From positions 1 to 64,000 of the forward strand of contig JABIHA010000094.1 of the NCBI GenBank assembly GCA_018649885.1: DNA of 64,000 nt, given 5' to 3'. A program made the position numbers and the translations under genes. The notes beneath the pieces are model-generated. The model searched no databases and was not told the origin of the DNA. It saw nothing but the letters and a program-made list of their open reading frames with translations. This document shows positions 10,681 to 20,993 of the stretch, in pieces (within the stretch, counting starts at the first letter, position 1; each line of letters begins with the position of its first letter). The DNA is from Bacteriovoracaceae bacterium (GTDB taxonomy: Bacteria > Bdellovibrionota > Bacteriovoracia > Bacteriovoracales > Bacteriovoracaceae).

Positions 10681-11228
10681 ATTTCTTTCCTAATTGCATG
10701 GGCGAGGGATTTAGACATTCCCCTCCCCTTGCCTTTCACGCGAATTGCTTCACCCTTATCGCTTCTACTTAGCGCATGACAAACAGCAACCGCTAGTGCA
10801 TCACTTTCATCAAATGTTTCAAATGAATCTTTATTTACAAGTAGCTTTAAAAACTTTTGAATGCTTTCTTTGCTAGCATGACCATGTCCAACCGCAGTGG
10901 ATTTAACTAAGTTTGGTGAGTATTCAAAAATTCTACCAGCGTGGGTTTTTGAAAAGGCTGCACACAAGCTTCCTCTTGCTTGAGCTAGCTTTATCAAAGC
11001 TGTGGGACTCTTTACATAAATAAGAGATTCAAGCGCAATTTCATCAGGCTGATATTTTTCTACAAGAGAAATTGATTCATTGTAAATTGGACCTATCCTA
11101 TCCAGGAAGTTACCAAACTTTGAAAATTTTAAAGTTCCAGAGGCAAGATATTTAATTTTCTTCTTATTCCACTCTAGTACCGCAAACCCTGTTTGCAATG
11201 ACCCTGGATCAACCCCTAATATAATCAA
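10677..11228 (-). CDS. ruvC: Holliday junction resolvase RuvC
   Basis: ILGVDPG, LAQARG, DESDALAVA. Confidence 0.96.
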   Translation of the reverse strand: MIILGVDPGSLQTGFAVLEWNKKKIKYLASGTLKFSKFGNFLDRIGPIYNESISLVEKYQPDEIALESLIYVKSPTALIKLAQARGSLCAAFSKTHAGRIFEYSPNLVKSTAVGHGHASKESIQKFLKLLVNKDSFETFDESDALAVAVCHALSRSDKGEAIRVKGKGRGMSKSLAHAIRKEI

Positions 11229-11344
11229 CCTTCATCCCACTTGCGTACGCTTTACGTTCACTTTCATCATAGCAGTTGAATTACACGGGTGCCAAGGGAA
11301 GCTTGTGAGGAAAAACAGGAGGTGCGCAGCGAAATTCGTTTGTG

Positions 11345-11530
11345 CTAGCTGGACCGGCTTCTGAGAAATTGCCCTAAATAAAAAATAGAGCCACCGCCAA
11401 TAAATTGAACCAATTCAATTCTACCGTAATCTCCATTTTTAAGCCCTGCAAAAAAACACAAACCAACTGATGCTAATCCAAATAGTTGGCACGCTAAACC
11501 TAGATAAAAAATGGTGGTCTTATAATTCAT
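11345..11530 (-). CDS. Small two-helix membrane protein
   Basis: Two hydrophobic segments; probable start MNYK. Confidence 0.6.
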   Translation of the reverse strand: MNYKTTIFYLGLACQLFGLASVGLCFFAGLKNGDYGRIELVQFIGGGSIFYLGQFLRSRSS

Positions 11531-11591
11531 GACCTTTATTACAACGCGAGATCCACTTTGCAAAGACTACAAACAAAATGTGAATATTCTA

Positions 11592-12644
11592 CTAAGCGAT
11601 CTCTTTGGCGAACAATTCATATGATTCAACAACTTGCTGACTCTTTAAGCCAGTAGCATCATTCCATAGAATTGGGATATCTTGCTTGATTTGATACTGA
11701 CTCATTGTTCCGAGCAAACTATTAATGAGTGATAATTGTATTTGATCCTTATGAGTACTATCTAAAACCATAAAGTCTCTTATTTTCACTGAGCTCACAT
11801 CAAATAGAGAACTATTAAAAAGTCGCTTTATTACCCTAAGGGGTGCTGCATTTTTATCATGCCCTAACTCTGCAAATAAACATCCCACTGGACTCTTTCT
11901 AAAGTAGGCAATTTTAATAAATTCTAGTGAGCTAATATTTTTTATTTTTAATACTTCTTTTTCAAATTCTGACTCGGAATAAGTTACTTCGCTAAAACTT
12001 AATTTATTACATTGGTTTTTTACCACTAGAAAATCATTAATTAGCTCGGACCACTTAGAGGTTGAAAATGATTTTACTTCAATTTGGCTTAAGCCAACTT
12101 CTGCTGTGATTTTCTTTAAGAGTGAGTCTCTATATTGAACAAGCCCAACATTACAATAATTTGTTTCATTGAAATTACAAAAACCTGATTCTCGATATAT
12201 CTTTTTTATGTAATTCGATCTTCTGTTGGATGAAAGCTCAGACATTACCCGGACTTTTAAACCTGCTTCCTTGCAAATGGAAAAGGGAACTGGTCCATAC
12301 ACTTTTTCAACGCCTCTTACTTTTAAAAATCCTACAGCCTTCATAAGAAGTGCATGGGCCATTTCAGAATCTTCACAGCAATCAAAGTGCGAAATAAATC
12401 CCATTTTTTCATCATTTAAACTGGTTTGAAAGTTGTCATCAATAAAGGCTGCAACCTTTCCCATGCACTCTCCGAAGGACATGGCTATCCAGATCCTATA
12501 TTGATAGCGGCTGTTTAATTTTTTATCGCCCTTCAATAGATCCATTAGGATGTAATCATCTTTTACACCCTCACCATTTTGTTTAAAATTAACAAACCTA
12601 TTCACTAACTTTTTACTATCAGCGACATAAATTTCAAAAGACAT
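11592..12644 (-). CDS. Divergent GNAT-fold (YghO-like) protein
   Basis: GKVAAFID, GFISHFDC, G..KVYGP motifs; remainder degenerate. Confidence 0.5.
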   Translation of the reverse strand: MSFEIYVADSKKLVNRFVNFKQNGEGVKDDYILMDLLKGDKKLNSRYQYRIWIAMSFGECMGKVAAFIDDNFQTSLNDEKMGFISHFDCCEDSEMAHALLMKAVGFLKVRGVEKVYGPVPFSICKEAGLKVRVMSELSSNRRSNYIKKIYRESGFCNFNETNYCNVGLVQYRDSLLKKITAEVGLSQIEVKSFSTSKWSELINDFLVVKNQCNKLSFSEVTYSESEFEKEVLKIKNISSLEFIKIAYFRKSPVGCLFAELGHDKNAAPLRVIKRLFNSSLFDVSSVKIRDFMVLDSTHKDQIQLSLINSLLGTMSQYQIKQDIPILWNDATGLKSQQVVESYELFAKEIA

Positions 12645-12777
12645 CTCACACACCCACAGTTGCAGTCAAAAGGACCACATTTTAATTATACCCCTGGCCA
12701 AAAAAAGCCAGCTGAGATAACTATTTACGGCAAATAATATCTACTTGACTCGCTGATCTAGTGAGAGAGGACATAAA

Positions 12778-13635
12778 GTGGCAAAACTTCTCTTAGCCAA
12801 ACCCCTTGTTGAAAAAACCACTGAAAATCTAAAAAAAAGATGTGAGAAATTAAAAGAGGGCGGTATTACTCCTTGTATTAAGGTCATTCTTGTTGGAGAG
12901 GACCCAGCCAGTAAAGTCTATACCAGAAGCAAAAAACGCCTCGGTGAAAAGATTGGGGCAGATGCTGAAATTGTAAACTTACCTGATGATGTAAGTGTGG
13001 AAGAATTTACCACTACAATCGCAAAACACAATAGTGATAAAAATGTCCACGGACTAATGGTCCAACTTCCAGTACCAAGTCAACTTAGTGGTGTTGATAT
13101 TCAAAGTCTCATCTCTCCTGAAAAAGATGTAGATGGAGCAACTGAGCATAGCCTTGCAAGTATCATTCTCGGTAGCAAAGGTGAAAACTCCCTACTACCT
13201 TGTACGCCTAGTGGAATTATCTCCCTTCTAAAATTTTACAACATTGAGCTAGTTGGAAAAAATGTTGTTATTATTGGCAGAAGTCTGATTGTGGGAAAAC
13301 CACTGGCAATGCTAATGACAAACTACAATGCAACGGTAACATTATGTCATTCCAGAACAAGTAACTTAATGGAACACACACAAAATGCAGATATCATTGT
13401 TACTGCAATTGGACAGAATTCCTTTCTAAAGGCCTGCCACATTAAAGAGGGCCAAACAATTATAGATGTTGGAATTAATCGAAATAGTGAAGGTAAGCTT
13501 TGTGGAGATGTTGATTTCGATGCAGTTGAACCAATTGTATCTGCCATTACTCCAGTTCCGGGAGGCGTTGGCCCCCTAACAGTGTTATCACTTGCACAAA
13601 ATTTAATAGAAACGACTGAAAAAAACTTTTCATAA
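12778..13635 (+). CDS. folD: Methylene-THF dehydrogenase/cyclohydrolase
   Basis: PEKDVDG, PCTP, GRSLIVGKP, TPVPGGVGP. Confidence 0.97.
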   Translation: MAKLLLAKPLVEKTTENLKKRCEKLKEGGITPCIKVILVGEDPASKVYTRSKKRLGEKIGADAEIVNLPDDVSVEEFTTTIAKHNSDKNVHGLMVQLPVPSQLSGVDIQSLISPEKDVDGATEHSLASIILGSKGENSLLPCTPSGIISLLKFYNIELVGKNVVIIGRSLIVGKPLAMLMTNYNATVTLCHSRTSNLMEHTQNADIIVTAIGQNSFLKACHIKEGQTIIDVGINRNSEGKLCGDVDFDAVEPIVSAITPVPGGVGPLTVLSLAQNLIETTEKNFS

Positions 13636-13650
13636 AACTTGGAATTAAAA

Positions 13651-14733
13651 ATGACAGAGCTAAAAAATACACACCTTAGCGACATACATCGAAAGCTGGG
13701 GGCAAAGATGATGCCTTTTGCAGGTTTTGATATGCCCGTTCAATACTCCTCCATTATTGAAGAGGTGAAAGCAGTAAGACAGCACGTTGGTGTATTTGAT
13801 GTTTCTCATATGGGTGAATTTTTTGTCGAAGGGCCAGATACTTATAATTTTATAGACTTCATTGTCTCGAATGATGTGAAAAATGTAGAAATAGGAAAAG
13901 CTGTTTACTCTCCACTGTGCAGAGAAGACGGAAGCGTTGTGGACGATCTCATTGTTTACAAGTTAGAGGAGGCAAAAGCTTTAATTTGTGTAAATGCATC
14001 TAATATTGAAAAAGATTGGGACCACATACAAAAATACACAAATGATTTTGACGTAACAATGCGAAATGCCTCAGACGATTATTCTTTATTGGCGTTGCAG
14101 GGGCCTGACGCAGAAAAAACCTTGTCGTGCTTAGGATTTGAAAAAGAATTAGAAAATTTTGAATACTACAGCGCCAAAAAAATTAAAATCAGTGATTTTG
14201 AATTTATCTTGGCAAGGACTGGTTATACAGGCGAAGACGGATTTGAAATTTTTGGGTGCCACGCAGGAATTGAATGGGCCTGGGAAAAACTAATGACTGC
14301 AGGAGTCACTCCATGCGGTCTTGCGTCAAGAGATGTCCTCAGACTTGAGGTGGCATATCCTCTCTACGGACATGAAATTCATGACGAGGTGACACCGCTA
14401 GACAGTGCTCTTAAATGGACCGTTAAACTTACAAAGGATAACTTTGTTGGACTCGAAGCCCTGAGATCCTACGAGCCCAAATTTAGGCTTGTGAAGCTCT
14501 CTATTGAAAAAGGTGTTCCAAGACAAGGGTACACAGTTGAAAATGAACAAGGCGTTGTTATTGGGAAGATAACATCTGGCAGCCACTCCGTTGCTACTGG
14601 TCGGGGGATTTGCTTAGCACATGTTGAGAAAATAAACTTTCCTAGTGATAAAAAATTCTTTATAAATATCAGAAATCGTAGATTTGAAGCAACCTATCAT
14701 GCCAAAGCTTTCGTCCAGGGGGGACATAAGTAA
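13651..14733 (+). CDS. gcvT: Glycine cleavage T protein
   Basis: FDVSHMGE, RTGYTGEDGFE, RDVLRLE..YPLYG. Confidence 0.97.
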   Translation: MTELKNTHLSDIHRKLGAKMMPFAGFDMPVQYSSIIEEVKAVRQHVGVFDVSHMGEFFVEGPDTYNFIDFIVSNDVKNVEIGKAVYSPLCREDGSVVDDLIVYKLEEAKALICVNASNIEKDWDHIQKYTNDFDVTMRNASDDYSLLALQGPDAEKTLSCLGFEKELENFEYYSAKKIKISDFEFILARTGYTGEDGFEIFGCHAGIEWAWEKLMTAGVTPCGLASRDVLRLEVAYPLYGHEIHDEVTPLDSALKWTVKLTKDNFVGLEALRSYEPKFRLVKLSIEKGVPRQGYTVENEQGVVIGKITSGSHSVATGRGICLAHVEKINFPSDKKFFINIRNRRFEATYHAKAFVQGGHK

Positions 14734-15113
14734 TGAGCTTAATTAAAGAGAATTTAAAATATTCAAAAGATCATGAATGGATTTTAGTTGAAGGGGAATG
14801 CGTAACTATTGGCATCACTGATTTTGCCCAATCAGCTTTAGGAGACATTGTATTTGTCGAGCTGCCCGAAGTCGGTAGAACAATTGAAAAAGGAACAGCT
14901 TTCGGTGTTGTTGAGTCAATAAAATCTGTCAGTGATTTATATGCACCTGTTTCAGGAGAAGTGGTTGAGTCGAACACTGACTTAGAAGCCAGCCCTGAGT
15001 CCATTAATGAATCTCCCTATGAATCTTGGATGATAAAAATCAAACTTTCTAATGAGACAGATTTGAGTGAACTGCTTAGCTCAGATGTATATCAAGACGT
15101 GTGCAACTCATAA
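14733..15113 (+). CDS. gcvH: Glycine cleavage H protein
   Basis: HEW, GITDFAQ..LGD, VESIKS lipoyl-Lys motif. Confidence 0.97.
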   Translation: MSLIKENLKYSKDHEWILVEGECVTIGITDFAQSALGDIVFVELPEVGRTIEKGTAFGVVESIKSVSDLYAPVSGEVVESNTDLEASPESINESPYESWMIKIKLSNETDLSELLSSDVYQDVCNS

Positions 15114-15376
15114 AATAATTACATCAAAAATGTTTGCATATTTTTCAAAAAAATTCATCTTTGAATGTCAACGCAAAGTTGAATTGATCTTAACATTTTA
15201 AATGTCAAGTTTTCTTTTACCCCTTACCTGGCGGCATTTCGAGCACTTCTGGCTGTTCTAAAAATCAAAAATAAATTGTGAAGTTTGTGTGAAAAATATA
15301 TTTACGAGATGTTTTTTTATGGGCATACTGCCAGTCCTGTAAGGGACATATTAGCCATTCAAATAAAAAAAGTTTT

Positions 15377-15661
15377 ATGGAAAATCTAGACTCAGTTCAA
15401 TTATTAAATACTGCAATTATAAAGAGCAAAGAAAAAGAAATTGATCAAACTTACGAAGAGAGATTGAAGACTGTTTGCTCGACCCCAGTATTTGGTGCAC
15501 TTAACAAGGCCATTGCGAGCCTCTCTGAAAGTCAAAAAATTTCGAGAGACGAAGCGGCTATAAAAATTGTTGAGACTATTCGAGAGCTCGATACTATCTG
15601 GAATGATTACGTCATGATGGAAGGTATCGACAGACTTAAAACTCTTCTAAAAAAACAATAA
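15377..15661 (+). CDS. Hypothetical helical protein
   Basis: 94-aa ORF filling an intergenic gap. Confidence 0.7.
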   Translation: MENLDSVQLLNTAIIKSKEKEIDQTYEERLKTVCSTPVFGALNKAIASLSESQKISRDEAAIKIVETIRELDTIWNDYVMMEGIDRLKTLLKKQ

Positions 15662-15715
15662 CAAAATTTTAAGTGAGTGAATGACGAAGAACGTGTAGCA
15701 CACTCCAATCCAGTA

Positions 15716-16708
15716 TTAGCTTTTTACTACGAAGCCCCACTCAATATCTGCACTACCATTTTTAAGTAAGCCTTTTGGTGGGTTTGGAAAAGGGCCGGCC
15801 TTGTTGAAAGATTCAACAGCAGCCTCATCTAATTCTCTTATACCACTCCTACCGAGTACCTTGACTCTCGTGATCTCACCTCTATGATCAATAGTAATCC
15901 TTAGGCTTGTAATGAAGTTTTCATTTGCAGGCATACGTCTACCACCTGCATAGTACCTCTTAGCTTTCTCTCTAAGAGTGTTTCCCCAATGCTGCTCAAG
16001 TTTTTGCCTAATACGGTGATAAAATCCGTAGTACTTAAACTCAATAGTATTAAGGTTTGTGACATCCCCCAGCGGAACATCTTCTATGAAATCATTATTT
16101 CTTGCGTCGCCTATGGAATTTGCGTCCCCTCTTTTGAGTCCACGCTTTTTATAACCATTTACAAGCTTTGTTTTCTTGGTAGGTGAATTAACCTTCACGT
16201 TTCCTAGTGATAAATCTGATAATTTGAATATCTTTTTTTGATTGTGCTGTTTTTCTAACTGTCCCTTTCCTTTATCCTTGTTTTTATTCTTATCAGCATT
16301 GCCGTCTTGTGTTCCAATTCCAGCTTTTTTGAAAATACCTATATCCTTAGCGATAGTCTGCCTATCATAAGACTGATTTTTTTCACCCAAAAATCTTGTA
16401 TCCTTTGTTTTCTCTTCCCTACCCGTTGCTTCATTATTTACTATTTGGCGGCTGACAGCGCGGGCCCTCTTTTTATTTTGCTTTTTCACCCGCTCAATAA
16501 TTTGCTTCGCTACAGATGGATCCATTAAAGTAATTTTGTTTAAATTATTCGGTGTGATCTTTTTATGAGAATCACTGCTAAGAAACGAAAAGTAATCCCA
16601 TTTAACTAAGAAAAATATCAAGTGAAGAACAATTGAGGCAAGAAGAAACCAAGCTAATCTTCGATTGCTTTTATCTGAGTCCATGAAAAAGTATTCAAAA
16701 TTTGTCAT
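15716..16708 (-). CDS. TonB/TolA-family energy transducer
   Basis: N-terminal TM with S..LH, C-terminal SG..ELDEAA...AGPFPNPP. Confidence 0.85.
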   Translation of the reverse strand: MTNFEYFFMDSDKSNRRLAWFLLASIVLHLIFFLVKWDYFSFLSSDSHKKITPNNLNKITLMDPSVAKQIIERVKKQNKKRARAVSRQIVNNEATGREEKTKDTRFLGEKNQSYDRQTIAKDIGIFKKAGIGTQDGNADKNKNKDKGKGQLEKQHNQKKIFKLSDLSLGNVKVNSPTKKTKLVNGYKKRGLKRGDANSIGDARNNDFIEDVPLGDVTNLNTIEFKYYGFYHRIRQKLEQHWGNTLREKAKRYYAGGRRMPANENFITSLRITIDHRGEITRVKVLGRSGIRELDEAAVESFNKAGPFPNPPKGLLKNGSADIEWGFVVKS

Positions 16709-16805
16709 CGAAACTGTCTATCCTCCAGCATGTACAATGATTTCGGATCGGCAGTGAAAAATATGATGTATAGGATATAAAGGGGAACTGAGACGAATTA
16801 TTTTC

Positions 16806-19511
16806 CTATTGTTGAGTGTAATAGTCGTCTTCTTCTAAGTCTGAAGGCTCTGTTTGGTCCTTTTTAAAGTTATACTTCTCGTCACTGGAAACACCTGGTT
16901 CAGTTCCCTGCACGAAAGATTCCATATGGGTTACAAGAGAATCGTCATCTGCAAGCTTTCCTGTTGCAGAATCAATAAGAACATTTATTACTCCACTAGG
17001 CATAACGAAGTCATGTTCCCCATATCTCTTAAGACCTTTTTCCATTAAACCGGCCCAAATCGGCATTGCAGACTTTGCTCCTGTCTCGCCAAAACCTAGT
17101 GTTCGGTTATTATCAAACCCCGTCCAAACACCCGTGATTATATTGGAAGAGAACCCCATGAAAAGTGCATCAACATAAGAGTTAGTCGTTCCTGTTTTCC
17201 CCCCAATAAATTGAGAAATATGCTTTATCGCCCTTCCCGTGCCGTTTTGAACAACTCCGCGAAGTAAATTGACCATCAAATAGGATAATCTTTTATCGTA
17301 TACCTGATTTTCATCTAGAGTTAGTAGGAATGGGTTTTCTTCCTCTTCCAAGGTTCCATCACCGGAGGTAATTTGCGCATCTATTATAGAAGGCTCAAGT
17401 GAAGCTTGCTCCTCAAGATATTCATCCTTTGGATCCTTATACCCAAGCTCAATACGATTAAAATCAACTGCATTTCCTTCACCATCAGTGATGGTCGTAA
17501 TCGAAGTTAAATTTAATTTTTTCCCCATATTCGGAAAAAGAGAATAGCTGGCGACAAGGTCTATCAGCTTTACTCCAATAGATCCTAGTGAAATGCTTAA
17601 GTCATCTGGCAACTTGGCCTTGAATCCTATTCTTTTAAGAAAGCCTTTTAAATCTTTTACTCCAAGCTCTGCTGCTAACTTAACAGTCGGGACATTTCGA
17701 CTATCTTGAAGCGATTTTCTAAGTGTTATAGGGCCCTTAAATTTACCATCATAATTTCGAGGCTTCCAATTGAGTGAGTCGTCTACACCTCCCAAAGCCT
17801 CAGGGGAATCGTTAATTAGACTGGCAGGAGTGAATCCTTTTTCTAGCGCGAGAGCATAGACAAATGGCTTGAATGAAGAGCCTGGTTGCCTATTAGATTG
17901 AAGCACTCTGTTGAATTGAGATTTTGAAAAGTCCTTACCTCCAACCATTGAAATGATATGACCATTTTTTGAATTTATGGATACAAGGGCGCCCTCCACT
18001 TCTGGATATTGATCTAGCCCGCAAATCATATATTTTTCTTTCTTAATCTCTTTCACTAAACTTTCATTTTTTAAATTTTTTCTGTATACCTTCCAGAGAT
18101 GTCTCCAAACTCCACTTAGTTTTTTTGTTTTAATATCTACTAATACTATATCTCCAGCTTTTAAAATTTTTGATGGCCTATCAGCATAGGGCCTCCAAGT
18201 TGGCTCTGGGTTTATTAATCTCTCCCTGGCCCACCGAAAATTCTCATGAGGAATAGCACATTTAACTCCGCCAACAGTAACGTAAACCATCCTTTGCTTA
18301 TCACTAACTTTCCTAACGATCGCATTATATGATTCGCCCTCCATTAAAAAATTTGCAAACGAATCACTGCTTAGATGGCCTACCTCGAAATCCAAGTTTT
18401 TAACTTCCTTATTTCTTTCAGCCCAATAACTTACTAATTGGTCGTATTCATCCTCATCAAAGTTGAGTTCATAAACCTTTGTACCATCTGGATTCAACGT
18501 GAAGTGAAGTGATTTTTTACTATAGATTTCTTGACGAAATTTTTTCTCAAAGCCAATCATCTCTTCTCTTGTGAGCAGGCTTCCCTTTGAGCCTTTGTAT
18601 CCCTGTCTTTTATCAATCTCTTTAGCACCCTTATTTACTTGTTTCTCTGCAATATTTTGTAATTCTAAATCAAGGGTTGTTGAAACCTTATATCCTTTAG
18701 TTAAAAAGTTTTCCTCACCAACAAGAGCAATAACTCTTTGTCTTACCCAATCTGTGAAATGCCCTGCCTTTGATATTGATGGTTTTCTAATTCTAAACCT
18801 AATTTTCTCTATTAATGCCTCTTCATATTGATCTTTATCAATAGAGTTTGTCTCAAGCATTCTTCTAAGCACATATTTCTGACGAATCTTTGCATACTTT
18901 GGGTTCCGGTATGGAGAATACTTACTTGGAGCAACAGGAAGTCCTGCAATCAAAGCACTCTCTGCCACTGTTGCCTCTGATAAGTCTTTATCAAAATATC
19001 CTCTAAAGGCAGCCTTAACTCCATGGTAGCTACCACCTAGGTAGATGTGATTCAAATAAAAAAACAAAATTTCTTTTTTTGAATATATCTGCTCAATTTT
19101 CACAGCAAGAAGAATATCTTTAATTTTTCTTATAAAGGATTTCTCTCTTGAAAGTAGTATTTGCTTGGCAACCTGCTGAGTAATAGTACTTCCGCCTTGA
19201 ACAAGTCCCCCTGCTCTTATATCTGCAAGCAATGCCCTTAGCATTCCTTGAAAATCCACACCATGGTGGATATAAAATCTATCATCCTCTGCAGATACAA
19301 ACGCATTAATCAAATTTTCTGGCAATTCATCAAAGCTTGCAATTTCCCTTGTTTCTTTACCTATTTCTAAAAGGACACTACCGTCTTTGGACAAAATTTG
19401 AGATGGAACTGGTGGGCTATAGTCTTCTAGCTTATCAATTGGTGGAAGATCCATTGAAATAATAAATACCACGGCACCCGCAAAGAGAGCTCCCGCAAAG
19501 CTCAACCCCAA
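16806..19511 (-). CDS. mrcA: Class A penicillin-binding protein 1A
   Basis: EDDRFY.H.G, GGSTITQQ, GSSFKPF, SRN, KTGT; true start probably ~19544-19555. Confidence 0.95.
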   Translation of the reverse strand: MGLSFAGALFAGAVVFIISMDLPPIDKLEDYSPPVPSQILSKDGSVLLEIGKETREIASFDELPENLINAFVSAEDDRFYIHHGVDFQGMLRALLADIRAGGLVQGGSTITQQVAKQILLSREKSFIRKIKDILLAVKIEQIYSKKEILFFYLNHIYLGGSYHGVKAAFRGYFDKDLSEATVAESALIAGLPVAPSKYSPYRNPKYAKIRQKYVLRRMLETNSIDKDQYEEALIEKIRFRIRKPSISKAGHFTDWVRQRVIALVGEENFLTKGYKVSTTLDLELQNIAEKQVNKGAKEIDKRQGYKGSKGSLLTREEMIGFEKKFRQEIYSKKSLHFTLNPDGTKVYELNFDEDEYDQLVSYWAERNKEVKNLDFEVGHLSSDSFANFLMEGESYNAIVRKVSDKQRMVYVTVGGVKCAIPHENFRWARERLINPEPTWRPYADRPSKILKAGDIVLVDIKTKKLSGVWRHLWKVYRKNLKNESLVKEIKKEKYMICGLDQYPEVEGALVSINSKNGHIISMVGGKDFSKSQFNRVLQSNRQPGSSFKPFVYALALEKGFTPASLINDSPEALGGVDDSLNWKPRNYDGKFKGPITLRKSLQDSRNVPTVKLAAELGVKDLKGFLKRIGFKAKLPDDLSISLGSIGVKLIDLVASYSLFPNMGKKLNLTSITTITDGEGNAVDFNRIELGYKDPKDEYLEEQASLEPSIIDAQITSGDGTLEEEENPFLLTLDENQVYDKRLSYLMVNLLRGVVQNGTGRAIKHISQFIGGKTGTTNSYVDALFMGFSSNIITGVWTGFDNNRTLGFGETGAKSAMPIWAGLMEKGLKRYGEHDFVMPSGVINVLIDSATGKLADDDSLVTHMESFVQGTEPGVSSDEKYNFKKDQTEPSDLEEDDYYTQQ

Positions 19512-19557
19512 AAATGCTATAGTAAGTTTTTTAAATAATTTGATAATTATCTCATTT

Positions 19558-20544
19558 TTATCGATGGTTTTCTTTCCATAGTTTTATACCATCATTCAGT
19601 TCACTGATTAAGAGCCTTCCTCTTTTTTCACCTAGTTTGATAAATTCAGAAACAGACCCTAGGTTATCTATACTATCAGAAGGCTCGGTTATTTCTACTT
19701 TTATGTCGAAATTCATTTTCCCAGAGTCAAGTACCCCTTTTATTTTATTATAAATTCCTAAGACGTGACCACCACTAGTGTCTACATTTACTCTATTTCC
19801 CATACTATCAATAAAAATAAGAATATCTGCACCTAAATCCTTAATAGATGACAAATTGAATTCACTACTCAGCATCGCGTTGCAATATCGCTGACTACAT
19901 GTTGACTTAGAAAGACCTACTAATGAGCTAAGGAGCTCTTTAAATTTTCCCCGGCGAATATAACTCAATTTCATTTTCTTGTCCCTCTTGAGGGCCGGAA
20001 ATAAAAAGGTAAGTTCAGTAGTTTCGAGTTTTATATCTCCATATCTGTTGGAAAAATATTCAACAAAAATCTTCTTCCAGTTTTTTGAATAGGGGGTAAC
20101 GCGCTTAACCTTTCGATAAAAATTAAATAACTCCCATTCTAAAATTTCAGCATTTTTCGATTTAGCATAAATAAAGCTAACTACTGCTCCCATGCCAAAC
20201 CCCGTAATAATGTGAGGTCTAATATTTGCTTTTTCGAGTTCCTTCAAGATGCCAACGGCAATAGAAGTTCGATATAGCCCTGGTCCCAAAACAATTCCAA
20301 TGACAGGCTCACGGACTTTAATAGATTGGTAATCACTATTTTGATTTAAGTCAGGACCATAAGCATCGGGGTTATCGTCTGCACTTATATTTATGCTCTT
20401 CTTGCTACGATCTGCTTCATTTTCACTTAAACTCACACCCTCATAGTCTTCTGGTAAATTTTCAGTTTTAGTACTTGAGCACCCACTTAACACAATTAGA
20501 AAAGCTATGGTTTTAATTGATGAAAAAATTAGATCCTTACTCAA
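19558..20544 (-). CDS. Patatin-fold lipoprotein with degenerate active site
   Basis: Lipobox LSGC; GIVLGPGLYR, GILKELE and ITGFGMGA resemble patatin blocks. Confidence 0.6.
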   Translation of the reverse strand: MSKDLIFSSIKTIAFLIVLSGCSSTKTENLPEDYEGVSLSENEADRSKKSINISADDNPDAYGPDLNQNSDYQSIKVREPVIGIVLGPGLYRTSIAVGILKELEKANIRPHIITGFGMGAVVSFIYAKSKNAEILEWELFNFYRKVKRVTPYSKNWKKIFVEYFSNRYGDIKLETTELTFLFPALKRDKKMKLSYIRRGKFKELLSSLVGLSKSTCSQRYCNAMLSSEFNLSSIKDLGADILIFIDSMGNRVNVDTSGGHVLGIYNKIKGVLDSGKMNFDIKVEITEPSDSIDNLGSVSEFIKLGEKRGRLLISELNDGIKLWKENHR

Positions 20545-20752
20545 AGTCCTGTTCCTGTAAGTCCTCAGTTAAAACTTTGACCTTCTTTTCAATTTTCACT
20601 AGAGATTTTTTACATTTTTTATACAAAGCCACCCCGTCCTCGAATTTTTTTAAGCTTGATTCCAGGTCTAATTCTCCATTTTCTAACAACTCTACAACTT
20701 CTTCTAGTTTTTCGAGTTGGTCTTCAAGTTTTTCTGAACTTTTTCCCGCCAT
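20537..20752 (-). CDS. xseB: Exodeoxyribonuclease VII small subunit
   Basis: LEEVVELLENGELDLESSLKKFEDG. Confidence 0.93.
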   Translation of the reverse strand: MAGKSSEKLEDQLEKLEEVVELLENGELDLESSLKKFEDGVALYKKCKKSLVKIEKKVKVLTEDLQEQDFE

Positions 20753-20993
20753 GGTATTCTTCCTAGATGTCCGACTGATTTGGTTGGTTTAATAAGTAAT
20801 ATTTTCCACATTATACCCTAAGTTCAATAAAAATTGACTACTTTACTGTCAAATTTCGAACGTTCCCTACGAAAAATAGGATAGTTAGATATACGGACTT
20901 TTTTTCCCGCGTAGAGAATTTGGCACCTGGGGCCTATAGTTTTAGTAGGAAATAGGGATATTCCCTGTGCCTATTGCCCCTGATGGAGGTGTA

